Assembly (NCBI GenBank): GCA_965203555.1
Contig: CBDBCY010000004.1
Coordinates: 1,952,001 to 2,016,000 of the forward strand
Source of the DNA: Acidimicrobiia bacterium
Lineage (GTDB): Bacteria > Actinomycetota > Acidimicrobiia > Spongiisociales > ZC4RG35
Direction: 5' to 3'
DNA: 64,000 nucleotides
Shown: piece by piece, positions 1 through 10,969 of the stretch
How positions within the stretch are numbered: the first letter of the stretch is position 1
Layout of the letters: every line of letters begins with the position of its first letter
Program-made: the position numbers and the translations under genes
Notes under the pieces: model-generated
What the model saw: only the letters and a program-made list of their open reading frames with translations
Told to the model about the DNA's origin: nothing
Databases searched by the model: none

Positions 1-904
1 TGCTCGCAGGACACCTCTGGAATCACACTCCACCGACTCAACTCTATGAACCGCTCGGCGCAGGATTGGGATATCAGCCCTCCTTTCGGATAGGGCCCCG
101 CTGACCCAACCACCACCCTTCCCCCGCAACGTGGAGATTGAGCGAACGGTGGAGAGTGCACCCCTGTTACGGATTGCCTCCCGTTCCTGAGGCAGAGAGA
201 AATGCCTGGTAACGGTGTCTTTCGGGGAGCGTGGTGCAGAAGTGCCACACCCAGAGCATTCCTCCGCTTGGCCAAGATCGGAGAATACGCAGAAACGATG
301 TGTACATCCATTGAGCACCTCAGGGTAAAGTGGAATACTGAATTTCTTGGCCGTCGCAGATTGTCCCAGCATCCCTGCGCCGACAAGACCGCCGACACTA
401 AAAGGTTGGCTTAACGCACCTCCAGCGGAAGAGGCGCCCATAGAGAGTACGTTACGGTTTTCTGGACAACCGGGAGCGGCGGGGCCTCTCTCCCGACACC
501 TAGCCGAGCGACGCCGAGGTCCAGTGCTACTCGTCGGCGAACGAACATCGTTCCCCGCTCGGGAGAGACGGAGCTGTCATACCGGGCGGGGCCGACCGTC
601 GTATGAGCGGGTTCCAGCGTTTTCGAGGAGGCGAGTGGTGGGTGGACACGTTACCAATTCCGCCACTCGTCGATGACTGATCTCGATGAAGCGTGAGCGT
701 CCACCGTCCTGTTGCAGGCCAAGAGCTGACACCAAGACTCCGCACCGTAGCCATTTATACAAGACCCCATCGACGAAGCGGTCGCAGAATTGAGCGCCAC
801 TCGACTAAGAATGGTAGCTTCGACAGCCGCCGCTCCCCGGTTCGTGGTTGTTCACAACCGGGATGGGAACATCGACTGGACTGCCACTCTGGCCGTCTAT
901 TGTT

Positions 905-3286
905 GTGCCCGTGCTCACGCTGCCCCAACTAGAGCGCCATCTCTTCGCCGCGGCCGACATTTTGCGGGGGAAGATGGACGCGTCGGAGTTCAAGGAGTAC
1001 ATCTTCGGAGCATTGTTCTTGAAGAGGGCGAGCGATGTGTTCGAGCAAGAGCGTCGGCTGGTCATCCAGGATCAGCTGGTACGGGGACGTTCATTGGAGG
1101 AAGCCCACTATCGAGCCGATGATCCCGATTTTTACAAGGACGCGTTCTTCGTTCCATCCGAGGCTCGCTGGCGGCACCTTCGTGACCATATCCATCATCA
1201 GGTGGGCCATGGGCTGAACAGGGCGCTCGGCGCGCTGGAGGAGAGCAATCCTTCTCTGGAGGGTGTGCTGCAGCACATCGACTTCAACCGGCGAGTCGGC
1301 AGGACAACCGTTACGGATAGGAAGTGGCGCGACCTCATCGATCACTTTTCGAAGTACCGGCTCCGCAACGAGGACTTCGAGTTCCCCGACCTGCTCGGTG
1401 CCGCATACGAATATCTGATCCGAGACTTTGCCGACTCGGCTGGTAAGAAGGGAGGCGAGTTTTACACACCCCGTCCTGTCGTGCAATTGATGGTGCGCCT
1501 TGTCGATCCGCAGGAGGGAATGGCTGTCTACGACCCGTGCTCGGGTTCGGGCGGCATGTTGATCTATGCCCGCAACCATGTTGCTGACAATGGTGGTGAT
1601 CCCGCCAATCTGGTTCTGGCTGGGCAGGAGAACAATGGCACCACTTGGTCGATTTCGAAAATGAATATGCTGCTCCATGGCATCAGAGACGCTGACCTCC
1701 GCAACGACGACACTCTCACCAACCCCGAGCACGTCCGTGACGGTGAGTTGGTCCGATTCGATCGGGTGATCACCAATCCCCCGTTCAGCCAGAACTACGA
1801 CAAGACCTCGCTCACCCACACCGAACGGTTCCGCTACGGCTACACACCCGAAGGAGGCAAGAAGGCCGACCTTATGTTCCTCCAGCACATGCTGGCTGTC
1901 CTAAAGCCCAACGGGATTCTCGCCACGGTCATGCCCCACGGTGTGCTGTTCCGAGGCGGCGCGGAAGGGACCATACGCCGAGCCATCATCGAAGACGACC
2001 TTCTCGATGCGGTGATCGGTCTGGGCCCGAACCTGTTCTACGGCACCGGCATCCCCGCCGCCATCCTGATCCTGCAAGCTAAAGGCTCCAAACCTCCAGA
2101 ACGGAAGGGCAAGGTGCTGTTCATCAACGCCGACCGCGACTACGGCGAAGGCCGCGCCCAGAACCACCTACGCCCACGCGACGAAGAGAAAATCACCGCC
2201 ACCTACCGAAACTTCGCCGATGTCAACGGTTTCGCGAAGGTCGTCACTCTTGACGGACTGGCCGAAAACGACTTCAACTGCAACATCCGACGCTACGCCG
2301 ACAGCGCCCCGCCACCCGAACCCCACGACGTTCGAGCACACCTCCACGGCGGCGTGCCAATCGCGGAGATAAAGGACGCCAAAGACCAACTGGAAGAAGC
2401 TGGCCTCGAAGCCGACCTACTGTTCTCCGACCAAGGCAACGGCTACGCCGAGTGGTGCCAACCAGTCAATAGTTTGGATGGGCGGGATGCTGCGCACTGC
2501 GTTATTAGCCGGGCTGTCGCGGCCAAGGCAGCCATCAGCCCTTGGCCCCGCTGGTGGGCCAACACCGTCGAACCCATGCTCCGCCAGCTACCCGACGCCG
2601 GCATCCTCGTTGGCCAACGTGACCAACTCGTCAAGGACTTCACAGCCCACATGGTCCCAGCTGGCATGGACCGCTTTTCCGCTGCAGGCATGGCCGCCAC
2701 TTGGTGGGAACAGACCTTCCATGAACTCCAAACCGCCGCCAACCGAGGCTGGAAAGCAGTGATCGAAGCATGGCTGACCACTGCCGAAGCCAGCAAAGAC
2801 GACAAGAAGGCTCCCAACATCGTCGACCAGACCGCCATCAAGCTTCTCGCCGCGGCCCAGTTAGCCAAACGAGCCGATCTTGCAGCCGAGCACACCCTCC
2901 TCGACACCGAGATCAAAACCGCCAACAACAGAAATAGCGGGCGCGGCAACGCAGCCCTGAGCCCGGCCGAGATCAAAACACTGAAATCGGCTCGCGCCAA
3001 AATCAAGCGACAACTCAAGGTCATCGACGCCTCACTGCTCACCACAGCCACCCAAACCCTCCGCACCATGAAGGCAGCCGACGCTCCTACCCACGCCATC
3101 GGCGCGCTCTGCAACCGCATCGAGAAACTCGTAACCGACCATTTCGCCACTATCGAAAACAACACCCTCGCCTGGTACAACAACCTCGCAAACAAATACG
3201 CTGTCCCCCTCCACGAACTCGAAACCCAACGAGACAACGCCGTCGCCCGACTCGAACAGCACCTTAAGGAACTCGGCTATGAGTGA
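905..3286 (+). CDS. hsdM: Type I restriction-modification methyltransferase subunit M (N6-adenine)
   Basis: N-terminal [38 protein letters not shown], motif I DPCSGSGG, motif IV NPPF. Start probably GTG at 905 or 911 rather than 848. Confidence 0.95.
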   Translation: MPVLTLPQLERHLFAAADILRGKMDASEFKEYIFGALFLKRASDVFEQERRLVIQDQLVRGRSLEEAHYRADDPDFYKDAFFVPSEARWRHLRDHIHHQVGHGLNRALGALEESNPSLEGVLQHIDFNRRVGRTTVTDRKWRDLIDHFSKYRLRNEDFEFPDLLGAAYEYLIRDFADSAGKKGGEFYTPRPVVQLMVRLVDPQEGMAVYDPCSGSGGMLIYARNHVADNGGDPANLVLAGQENNGTTWSISKMNMLLHGIRDADLRNDDTLTNPEHVRDGELVRFDRVITNPPFSQNYDKTSLTHTERFRYGYTPEGGKKADLMFLQHMLAVLKPNGILATVMPHGVLFRGGAEGTIRRAIIEDDLLDAVIGLGPNLFYGTGIPAAILILQAKGSKPPERKGKVLFINADRDYGEGRAQNHLRPRDEEKITATYRNFADVNGFAKVVTLDGLAENDFNCNIRRYADSAPPPEPHDVRAHLHGGVPIAEIKDAKDQLEEAGLEADLLFSDQGNGYAEWCQPVNSLDGRDAAHCVISRAVAAKAAISPWPRWWANTVEPMLRQLPDAGILVGQRDQLVKDFTAHMVPAGMDRFSAAGMAATWWEQTFHELQTAANRGWKAVIEAWLTTAEASKDDKKAPNIVDQTAIKLLAAAQLAKRADLAAEHTLLDTEIKTANNRNSGRGNAALSPAEIKTLKSARAKIKRQLKVIDASLLTTATQTLRTMKAADAPTHAIGALCNRIEKLVTDHFATIENNTLAWYNNLANKYAVPLHELETQRDNAVARLEQHLKELGYE

Positions 3287-4370
3287 ATGGAGGCTCACAA
3301 CACTGGGTCGCGTTACAACGATCTCAAGTGGCAGTATTCCGCCGAGACAGAACGGTGCCTATGACGTCATGGGTGCCAATGGGCGAATTGGCGCGGCTGC
3401 CGAGGCAAACTTCGGCCCGGGCTACCTTGTTGGTCGTGTGGGTGCAGTAGGGGTCATCACGAAAGTTGTTAGTCGTTGTTGGGCCTCGGACAACACTCTG
3501 ACGGTGGTGCCCAACGCTTTCATCAATGAATCCTTCCTGGGTCACATGCTGAACGTCCTGGATCTTCAGCGCTTGGCAACAAAGACTGCCCAGCCTCTCC
3601 TTATCCAATCTGAACTCCGAAAACGGAAGATCAGCCTGCCGCCGTTGGAGGAGCAGCGGCGGATCGCAGAAGTCCTGGACACGATCGAGGAAACCATCCA
3701 GGCTACAGAAGTCACCATCACCAAGTTGACCGTCGTGGCGCACGCTGTCCAGCACCAGATCATCTTGACAGGAGGTCGTCAGTCAACGACACTTGCCTCC
3801 CTTGCGAAACTCTACGGAGGTAACGGATTCCCGGAAGATGAACAGGGGCGCCCGAGTGGCTCTCTGCCTTTCTACAAGGTGAGTGACATGAACATCGCCG
3901 GTAACGAGAAATTCTTGTCTAAAGCCAACAACTACGTTGAACCCGACACAGCAAAACGCAGAAGGTGGCGGGTTCTTCCACCCGGTGCTGTTGTGTTCGC
4001 AAAAGTCGGTGCCGCTCTATTGAGTAACAGGCGCCGAATCCTGACAGTTTTCTCAATCATTGACAACAACATGATGGGTGCTGTACCCCGACAGGTTGTT
4101 TCAACGGAGTGGCTCTATCGGTGGTTACAGACTGTTGACTTTGCCGACCTTGTCCAAGTTGGAGCACTGCCGTCCGTCAATCAGAGCCTGGTCGGAAGTC
4201 TGACGCTTGATCTACCGCCGAGTGGGGAACAGGCACGTCATGTCGAAGTTCTTGACGCCTACGATTCTCGGATTAACGCCGAGAAAGCTCAGTTAAAAAA
4301 GTACGAACAGGTTAGAGATGGTCTCGCAGCTGATTTGCTTTCTGGCCGTGTCCGGACGGTAGCAGCGTGA
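3279..4370 (+). CDS. hsdS: Type I R-M specificity subunit S
   Basis: Two TRDs, each followed by a conserved helix ([15 protein letters not shown] / [15 protein letters not shown]); C-terminal DLLSGRVR; overlaps hsdM and hsdR. Confidence 0.93.
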   Translation: MSEWRLTTLGRVTTISSGSIPPRQNGAYDVMGANGRIGAAAEANFGPGYLVGRVGAVGVITKVVSRCWASDNTLTVVPNAFINESFLGHMLNVLDLQRLATKTAQPLLIQSELRKRKISLPPLEEQRRIAEVLDTIEETIQATEVTITKLTVVAHAVQHQIILTGGRQSTTLASLAKLYGGNGFPEDEQGRPSGSLPFYKVSDMNIAGNEKFLSKANNYVEPDTAKRRRWRVLPPGAVVFAKVGAALLSNRRRILTVFSIIDNNMMGAVPRQVVSTEWLYRWLQTVDFADLVQVGALPSVNQSLVGSLTLDLPPSGEQARHVEVLDAYDSRINAEKAQLKKYEQVRDGLAADLLSGRVRTVAA

Positions 4371-7300
4371 CTTTGGGGCCGGAGTGGGAAATGGTCGAGT
4401 GGCCGTTGTTGGAGCATCTTTCTTCGCTTGGCTGGGATACGTTGGTCTGGTCGGAACGTCAGCCAACCGACGGCGTGGCGCGGATGTCGGATCGTGATGT
4501 TCTTCTTGAGGAACGGCTGGGTCCCGGGTTGCTGAGGATAAACCGTGGACCGAACGGCCTGCCGTGGCTTGACGAAGTTCGGATCAAGGAGGCGGTTGCG
4601 GAGTTGGGGTCGATGCCGGCGGGGGCGAAGCTATTGGAGGCGAACCGAGTGTCGACGGATTTGTTGCTTCGAGGGGTTACGGTTGCGGGGCTCAATGGGT
4701 GGGATGGCGGTCGGGATCGGACCATCGATTACATCGATTGGAACAACTGGAAAGCCAATGACTTTCTTGCGGTGTCGCAGTTCCCGATCGCGACGCCGGG
4801 TAAGGCACCGAACATTCGACCCGACGTGACGTTGTTTGTGAACGGTATACCGTTGGTGGTGATCGAGGCCAAGCCTCCCGGCACCGCCAGCGGAATAGCG
4901 GACGCAGTAGATCAACTCCGCCGGTATGCCAACCAGCGAGGTGCCGAGGTTCCCGAGGGTGCGGAGCAATTGTTCTGGACGAATCAGTTCACTGTGGCTA
5001 CTACCGGTGAGCGGGCCGAGGCGGCAACGTTCACGGCGTTGCCTGAGCATTACATGGCTTGGAAGGATCCTTTCCCTTCCACGGTTGAGGAGGTAGCCGC
5101 CTCGTTGAGCAAACCGGTGGAGGCGGTTACTCAGCAGGAAGTGTTGACGGCTGGGATGTTGGCGCCGCAGCGGTTGCTGGACATTGTGAGGCATTTCACG
5201 GTGTTTATGGAGACCGGCCCGGGTCGTACAGTCAAGATCGTTGGGCGGTATCAGCAGTATCGGGGTGTCCACAAGGCGATGCGACGGTTGCTCACCGGCG
5301 CGACCAGAGCGGAGGATGGGGAGAGTGATCGCCGTGGTGGGATCGTCTGGCATACGCAGGGTTCCGGCAAGAGCCTGACGATGGCGTTTCTGGTCCGGGT
5401 GATGCGAAGCCATCCCGATTTGAGAAGGTTCAAGATTGTGCTGGTCACGGATCGGGTTGCTATTGAGCGGCAGCTTCGTGAGACAGCGGCGCTGGTTGGG
5501 GAGACCGTCAGGGTGGCCCGCAAGGGTGGGGAGGTTCGGGGGTTGGTTGGTCGCCCAGGGCCGGGTTTGGTGATGGTGATGATCCAGAAGTACCGGGACA
5601 TGTCGCCGGGTGGCAGCGGAGGCGGGGTTGGAAAGGAGACGTTCGGGACGTTAAACGAGTCGGAGGCGATCCTGGTGATGGTGGACGAGGCTCACCGATC
5701 TCATGGTTCGATTCTGCACGCCAATCTGATGGCTGCCCTGCCGAACGCGACCCGGATCGGGTTTACGGGCACTCCGATAATTATGGGCAAACGGAAAATG
5801 ACACGCGACATCTTCGGTGGGTATTTGGACAGGTATACGCTGGCTGACTCGGAGGCGGACGGGTCGACGGTGCCGATCTTCTACGAGGGCCGCACAACTG
5901 ACGCGGCCGTCAAGGGAGCTTCTAGGATGGACACGGTCTTTTTCAGGTGGTTCTCTGGGCTGACCGATGACCAGAGGCAGATTCTTCAGCAGAAGTACGC
6001 CACAGTCGCGCAGGTGCTTGAAGCTCCGGAGTTGATCAAGGCGAAGGCAAAGGACATCCTTCGTCATTACATCAGCACTGTGTTGCCGGACGGTTTCAAG
6101 GGCATGATCGTTGCTACCAGCCGGGAGGCTTGTCTCCGATATTTCAAAGCTTTGAACAAGGCTCGCGATGAACTCATTGACGAGATTAAGCGAATGGACC
6201 CGGATCAGCACGACATGGCCAGCACCCCGAGGTTCCCCCATTTGTCGTCGGCGGAGACCGCTGCTTCCCATAGTGAGCTGCTAGCCAGCATCGAGTTCGC
6301 CCCGGTGATCTCCGCAGATCACAACGATCCGCCGGATTACGCCCCATGGACCGACAAACAGCGTCAACAGGCACATATCGACAGCTTCAAGCTCCCACTT
6401 GGCTCCGCCGATGACGAACACAGTCCACTTGCGCTGTTGATCGTGAAGTCGATGTTGCTGACCGGGTTCGACGCACCGCAAGCGCAGGTTCTCTACCTCG
6501 ACCGCTTGATCCAGGAGGCTGAACTGCTCCAAGCCGTCGCTCGCGTCAACCGCACCGCACCGAAGAAGTCGTACGGACTGGTGGTCGATTACTACGGCGT
6601 GTCTGCTCAACTGTCCCAGGCTCTCGCCGCCTACGCCAACGCTGAGGGCGAGATCGTCGATCCCGACGTTGACGGGGCGCTCCGGTCGCTCGCCATCGAG
6701 ATCGAAAAGCTCGAACCGCAACGCCAACGCGTCAGGCAGTTCTTCGTCCAGCGCGGTGTCAAACCGGCCCCGGCCAACGAAGCGATCGAAGCCTGCGTTC
6801 AACTGCTTGCCGACGAACGGCTCCGGGCCGAGTTCGATATTGCACTGCGAGCCTTCTTCACCACCTTCGACACTGTCCTGCCGAGGCCGGAAGCACTGCC
6901 GTTCGTAGCGGATGTCAACCTCTTCGGTGAGATCCAGATCAGAACCCGACGCCGATATCGAGACACGCCCGATGGTGACTTCGATCCCCACAAATACAAG
7001 GAGAAGGTCCGACGTTTGATCGACCAGCACATCACGGTTCTGGACCTCAGCCAGAAGATCCAACCCTTGAAGATCAATGACCCGACCTTTGGCATTCACG
7101 TCAAAGGGATGGGTTCGGATCGGGCCATGGCGTCTGAGATGGAACACGCCGTACGTCACCACATCCGCACCCATGTTGACGAGGACCCCGCCTACTACGG
7201 CAAGTTGTCGGAGCGGATCGACGAGATCCTCGATCGGCTGGAGGACCGGTGGGAACAGATCGCGTTCGAATTGGAGGGGATGATCGACGAGATCAACGCC

Positions 7301-7618
7301 GGCCGCACCGATAGAGACCATACGGGCCTGGATCCGACTACCGAGCTCCCGTTCTACGGTCAAATGGTCGACAGAGTCGCGAGTTCAGCGCCGGAAACCA
7401 CCGAGCGTCTCATCCAACTCACCGTCGAACTTGTTGCCAGGATCGGCCGGATCATCGGTGTGGTGGGCTTCTGGGACAACGCCACCAAGCAAGACGAACT
7501 TCGGAAGGCTATCAAGCGAACGCTCGACGGGAGTGATCTGTTCGCTTTCTCCAGCCTTGACGAGTTGGCTGTCGAACTTGTCGCCCTCGCCAAAGCCAAC
7601 CAGCACCGCCTGTCATGA
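4367..7618 (+). CDS. hsdR: Type I R-M restriction endonuclease/translocase subunit R
   Basis: PD-(D/E)xK motif RPDVTLFVNGIPLVVIEAK, Walker A HTQGSGKS, DEAH, FTGTP, LTGFD, QAVARVNR. Confidence 0.96.
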   Translation: MTLGPEWEMVEWPLLEHLSSLGWDTLVWSERQPTDGVARMSDRDVLLEERLGPGLLRINRGPNGLPWLDEVRIKEAVAELGSMPAGAKLLEANRVSTDLLLRGVTVAGLNGWDGGRDRTIDYIDWNNWKANDFLAVSQFPIATPGKAPNIRPDVTLFVNGIPLVVIEAKPPGTASGIADAVDQLRRYANQRGAEVPEGAEQLFWTNQFTVATTGERAEAATFTALPEHYMAWKDPFPSTVEEVAASLSKPVEAVTQQEVLTAGMLAPQRLLDIVRHFTVFMETGPGRTVKIVGRYQQYRGVHKAMRRLLTGATRAEDGESDRRGGIVWHTQGSGKSLTMAFLVRVMRSHPDLRRFKIVLVTDRVAIERQLRETAALVGETVRVARKGGEVRGLVGRPGPGLVMVMIQKYRDMSPGGSGGGVGKETFGTLNESEAILVMVDEAHRSHGSILHANLMAALPNATRIGFTGTPIIMGKRKMTRDIFGGYLDRYTLADSEADGSTVPIFYEGRTTDAAVKGASRMDTVFFRWFSGLTDDQRQILQQKYATVAQVLEAPELIKAKAKDILRHYISTVLPDGFKGMIVATSREACLRYFKALNKARDELIDEIKRMDPDQHDMASTPRFPHLSSAETAASHSELLASIEFAPVISADHNDPPDYAPWTDKQRQQAHIDSFKLPLGSADDEHSPLALLIVKSMLLTGFDAPQAQVLYLDRLIQEAELLQAVARVNRTAPKKSYGLVVDYYGVSAQLSQALAAYANAEGEIVDPDVDGALRSLAIEIEKLEPQRQRVRQFFVQRGVKPAPANEAIEACVQLLADERLRAEFDIALRAFFTTFDTVLPRPEALPFVADVNLFGEIQIRTRRRYRDTPDGDFDPHKYKEKVRRLIDQHITVLDLSQKIQPLKINDPTFGIHVKGMGSDRAMASEMEHAVRHHIRTHVDEDPAYYGKLSERIDEILDRLEDRWEQIAFELEGMIDEINAGRTDRDHTGLDPTTELPFYGQMVDRVASSAPETTERLIQLTVELVARIGRIIGVVGFWDNATKQDELRKAIKRTLDGSDLFAFSSLDELAVELVALAKANQHRLS

Positions 7619-8388
7619 CCGCTACCGCAGTATTAGCTCTCCACGATCTCCCTGAGTTGGTAGTAGGAGACCTCGTTTTCAAAGTTGTTCCGGCATGCCG
7701 GCGCAAGACAATCGAGATCGTTGTCGAACGCGACGCGTCGCTAGTTCTCAAGGCTCCACCAACCGTGACAATCGAACGCGCAACGAGATTCGTTGCCGAA
7801 AAACGCCAATGGGTCTACCGCAAACTGGTCGAGAAGGACGCACTAATCGGTCCACCAGTCGTCAAGAAGTTTGTCGAAGGAGAAGGGTTCGCCTACCTCG
7901 GCCGCAGCTACCGACTAACCCTCACCCCCGAGGGGACCTGCGTTCGCCTCCATCAAGGCCGGTTCCATCTCCCCGCCGCGCAGGCAGACCAGGGCACTGC
8001 TGCCATGCGTCGCTGGTACACCGATGTCGGTAGCAAGTGGCTCCAAAAGAGGATCTGCCCTTGGGCTGCCCGACTCGGAGAACGATCAGTAGCCGTCGAA
8101 GTCCGCGACCTGGGCTTCCGGTGGGGCTCAGCACGTCCTCACAAAGGGCACCAACACATCAACATCCACTGGGCCACCCTTCAACTGCCCCCGACCCTCA
8201 TCGACTACATCCTGGTTCACGAACTCGCCCATCTGCCCGAGGCCAACCACGCCCCCGAATTCTGGTCGATCGTCGCACGCCTGATGCCGGGATACCAGTC
8301 ACAGAAAACTGCTCTAGCTTCTGTCGGCAAAAGCGTGTGGCTGGGTTCCTCGATCAACCGAGGCGTTGAGTGGTATCTCGAAAAGTGA
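7615..8388 (+). CDS. YgjP-like / M48 (DUF45) metal-dependent hydrolase commonly following hsdR
   Basis: RWGS and DYILVHELAHL..NH...FW motifs; 4-nt overlap with hsdR. Confidence 0.88.
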   Translation: MTATAVLALHDLPELVVGDLVFKVVPACRRKTIEIVVERDASLVLKAPPTVTIERATRFVAEKRQWVYRKLVEKDALIGPPVVKKFVEGEGFAYLGRSYRLTLTPEGTCVRLHQGRFHLPAAQADQGTAAMRRWYTDVGSKWLQKRICPWAARLGERSVAVEVRDLGFRWGSARPHKGHQHINIHWATLQLPPTLIDYILVHELAHLPEANHAPEFWSIVARLMPGYQSQKTALASVGKSVWLGSSINRGVEWYLEK

Positions 8389-9540
8389 GGCTGCGCGTTT
8401 TTGTGGGGAGCAGGGTTTAGGGAGGGGTCCTTGGTTAGGGGTTGAGGCCTCGCTGGAATAGGTGGTGTAAGCGAATCGCCTATCCAGGAGGCCTCGATGA
8501 ATGATGTTATGTCGGTCCGGTTGCACCTGCGTGGTGTGAGGGTGACCGAGGTGATGGTTGACACCCTCACAGAGCTGGTGGTGGGAGTTGTTTCGGTGAA
8601 AAAGCTGTCCTTGTGTCCCTATTGTGGTCGGTCCTGCCGGCGGGTGCACGACCGGCGTCAGCGGCGGATCCGCGATCTGGAAGTGAGTGGACGTTTGACC
8701 GTGCTGTTGTGGATCCAGCGACGGTACGTATGCGATGGGTGCGGGAAAACGGCACATGGAAACCCACCCCCAGTTTCTGGGCGGTATAACGCGTCGCCTG
8801 GCCCGCCGACTGGTCTCATCTGATCCGAACCCGGCGGCGCCGACAGAGATGCCGGGTGCTTCTGATCGACGAAACATCGATCAGGAAACGCCACCGCTAT
8901 GTGACCGTGATCGCCAACGGCGACACCGGCGAGATACTGTCCATGTTCCCCGGACGCTCCAAACAAGCCTTGAGCAGGTTCTTCATCGAACAGGGACCCC
9001 GCTGGTGCCAGAACGTGCAGACCGTGGTCTCAGACGGTTCCCGCTCCTATCAGGCGGCCATAGTCCGCTACCTTCCTTCGGCCCGTCATGTCCTGGACCG
9101 GTTCCACGCCGCTCGCCGGTATCACCGAAGGTCTCACCCTGGATGCGCCGGGACCTGCAACGCCAGCCGCCAGGCGTCAAACCCGCCTGGCGCCCGGATC
9201 TGTTCCGCGCCCGGTTCGTGCTCCTCAAGAGAAGGGACCATATCACCCCAAAAGAGCAGAAACGTCTCAAACGGCTGTTCGAGGCGTATCCGCGTCTGCG
9301 GATCGCCTGGGACGCTCTGCAACAGCTCTACGGCCTGTACGAGGCCAAAGACCTCCCCACCGCGCTCGAGACCCTGGAACGGTTCGTGAAACTGTACGAA
9401 ACCGGCCAGATACCCGAGTACTACCACACCGTAAACACTGTCCTCAACTGGTCAAACGAGATCCTCAACTGGCACCACACCCGACGCTCCAACGGACCCC
9501 TGGAAGGTATCAACAACCTCATCCACTCATACTTATAGGT

Positions 9541-9721
9541 GCCCCTGGGCCGGGGCGGGTCTGACTCCAACCTAACCTGGCCTGTTTGTGCCTTTGGTTT
9601 GATTTGTCGGCCTGCTTCCGGCCTGGGGGCGGCGCTCTCCCGACAGGGCGGCTGTGACCTGATAGGAGCCTTGCTCTTGCCACTTGAGTGGTCCGTCCAC
9701 CGCCTTTTCGGGTCAGGGAGA
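9541..9721 (+). ncRNA. Putative IS110 bridge RNA (target-binding and donor-binding loops)
   Basis: Stem 9541-9630 encloses CAACCTAA and GGTTTG, which match the target. Stem ~9636-9721 encloses ATAGGAGC and TGAGTG, which match the donor junction. Confidence 0.85.
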
Positions 9722-9754
9722 ACAGAACCGATTCTAAATGAGGAGAAGAGACGA

Positions 9755-10969
9755 ATGTCAGATCGGGTTGATGTGTTCGGTGGGGTGGACACCCACCGCG
9801 ATGTTCATGTGGCGGCGGTGGTGGATACCACCGGTCGGGTGTTGGGCACGGCATCGTTCGGAACCGACACAGCCGGTTATGAACAACTGGGCAACTGGCT
9901 GGGGTCACACGGCAACGTTGCCCAGGTCGGAATAGAGGGCACCGGCAGCTACGGCGCCGGCCTGACCCGCTACCTGGTGAGAATCGGTGTCGAGGTAGTG
10001 GAAGTGAACCGTCCCAACCGTCAACTGCGCCGCCGGTTCGGCAAGACCGACGCCACCGACGCTCAGGCCGCGGCCCGGGCTGTTTTGAGCGGACAGGCCA
10101 CCGGGACACCCAAAAGCGGCGACGGACCAGTCGAAGCGATCAGGATGCTTCGGGTGGTCCGCCGTTCGGCCGCCAAGGCCCGCACCCAGACCATCAACCA
10201 GCTGCACGCTCTGGTGGTCACCGCTCCCGACCAGGTCAAACACCAACTCGGGAGCCTTTCCCCGAAAGCCCGGGTGAAGGTCTGCGCCGCCTATCGTCCC
10301 GGCGCGAACCGGACCAATATCGCCTATGCCAAGAAAGCGTTGCGTCTGTTGGCCCGCCGATACCAAGCACTTACCTGGGAGATCCAACAACTCGACACCG
10401 AAATCAAACAGCTCTGCGCCCGGGCCAACCCGGCGCTGCTGGCTGCCGGTGGGATCGGCCCCGAAACCGCCGCCGCGCTGCTGGTCACCGCCGGGGACAA
10501 CCCCCACCGCATGCGCACAGAAGCGTCTTTCGCCGCTCTCTGCGGCGCAAGCCCCGTCCAAGCGTCGTCGGGACGCATAGTGCGTCACCGACTCAACCGC
10601 GGCGGCGACCGCCAAGCCAACAACGCCCTCTGGCGTATAGCCACAGTACGGCTACGCACCGACCCCCGCACCATCGAATACGCCCAACGGCGACAAGCCG
10701 AAGGCAAAACCCGCAAAGAGATCATCCGCTGCCTGAAACGCTACATCGCCCGCCAGGTCTACCGACTGCTGACCAACCCGAACCAAACACCCAACGGCAG
10801 CGATCTACGCTGCCTACGCCAAAAAACCCAAACAACTCTGGCTCGCGCCGCCATAGCCCTCCAAACCCACCCAAACCGCCTCTCACAACTCGAACGAGGC
10901 CTCTACCACAACCACCAACTCGCCACCCAATACCAACACTGGCTCACCACCCCCCAAACCCCAATTTGA
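9755..10969 (+). CDS. IS110 DEDD recombinase with C-terminal XRE-like HTH extension (404 aa)
   Basis: GGVDTH, GIEGTG and KTDATDA (DEDD); Tnp domain PVQASSG and HRLNRGGDRQANNAL; RBS AGGAGA before ATG 9755. Confidence 0.95.
   Translation: MSDRVDVFGGVDTHRDVHVAAVVDTTGRVLGTASFGTDTAGYEQLGNWLGSHGNVAQVGIEGTGSYGAGLTRYLVRIGVEVVEVNRPNRQLRRRFGKTDATDAQAAARAVLSGQATGTPKSGDGPVEAIRMLRVVRRSAAKARTQTINQLHALVVTAPDQVKHQLGSLSPKARVKVCAAYRPGANRTNIAYAKKALRLLARRYQALTWEIQQLDTEIKQLCARANPALLAAGGIGPETAAALLVTAGDNPHRMRTEASFAALCGASPVQASSGRIVRHRLNRGGDRQANNALWRIATVRLRTDPRTIEYAQRRQAEGKTRKEIIRCLKRYIARQVYRLLTNPNQTPNGSDLRCLRQKTQTTLARAAIALQTHPNRLSQLERGLYHNHQLATQYQHWLTTPQTPI

Noticed and set aside
1-900. Short ORFs and small hairpins upstream of hsdM
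   Set aside because: No recognisable protein motif, RNA family or repeat; cannot support a call.
3279-4370. hsdS shufflon / phase variation
   Set aside because: Single hsdS, no extra TRD cassettes, inverted repeats or invertase seen.
9539-9754. 72-aa N-terminal extension of the IS110 ORF in the ORF track
   Set aside because: Region is the structured non-coding left end; RBS and homology point to ATG 9755.
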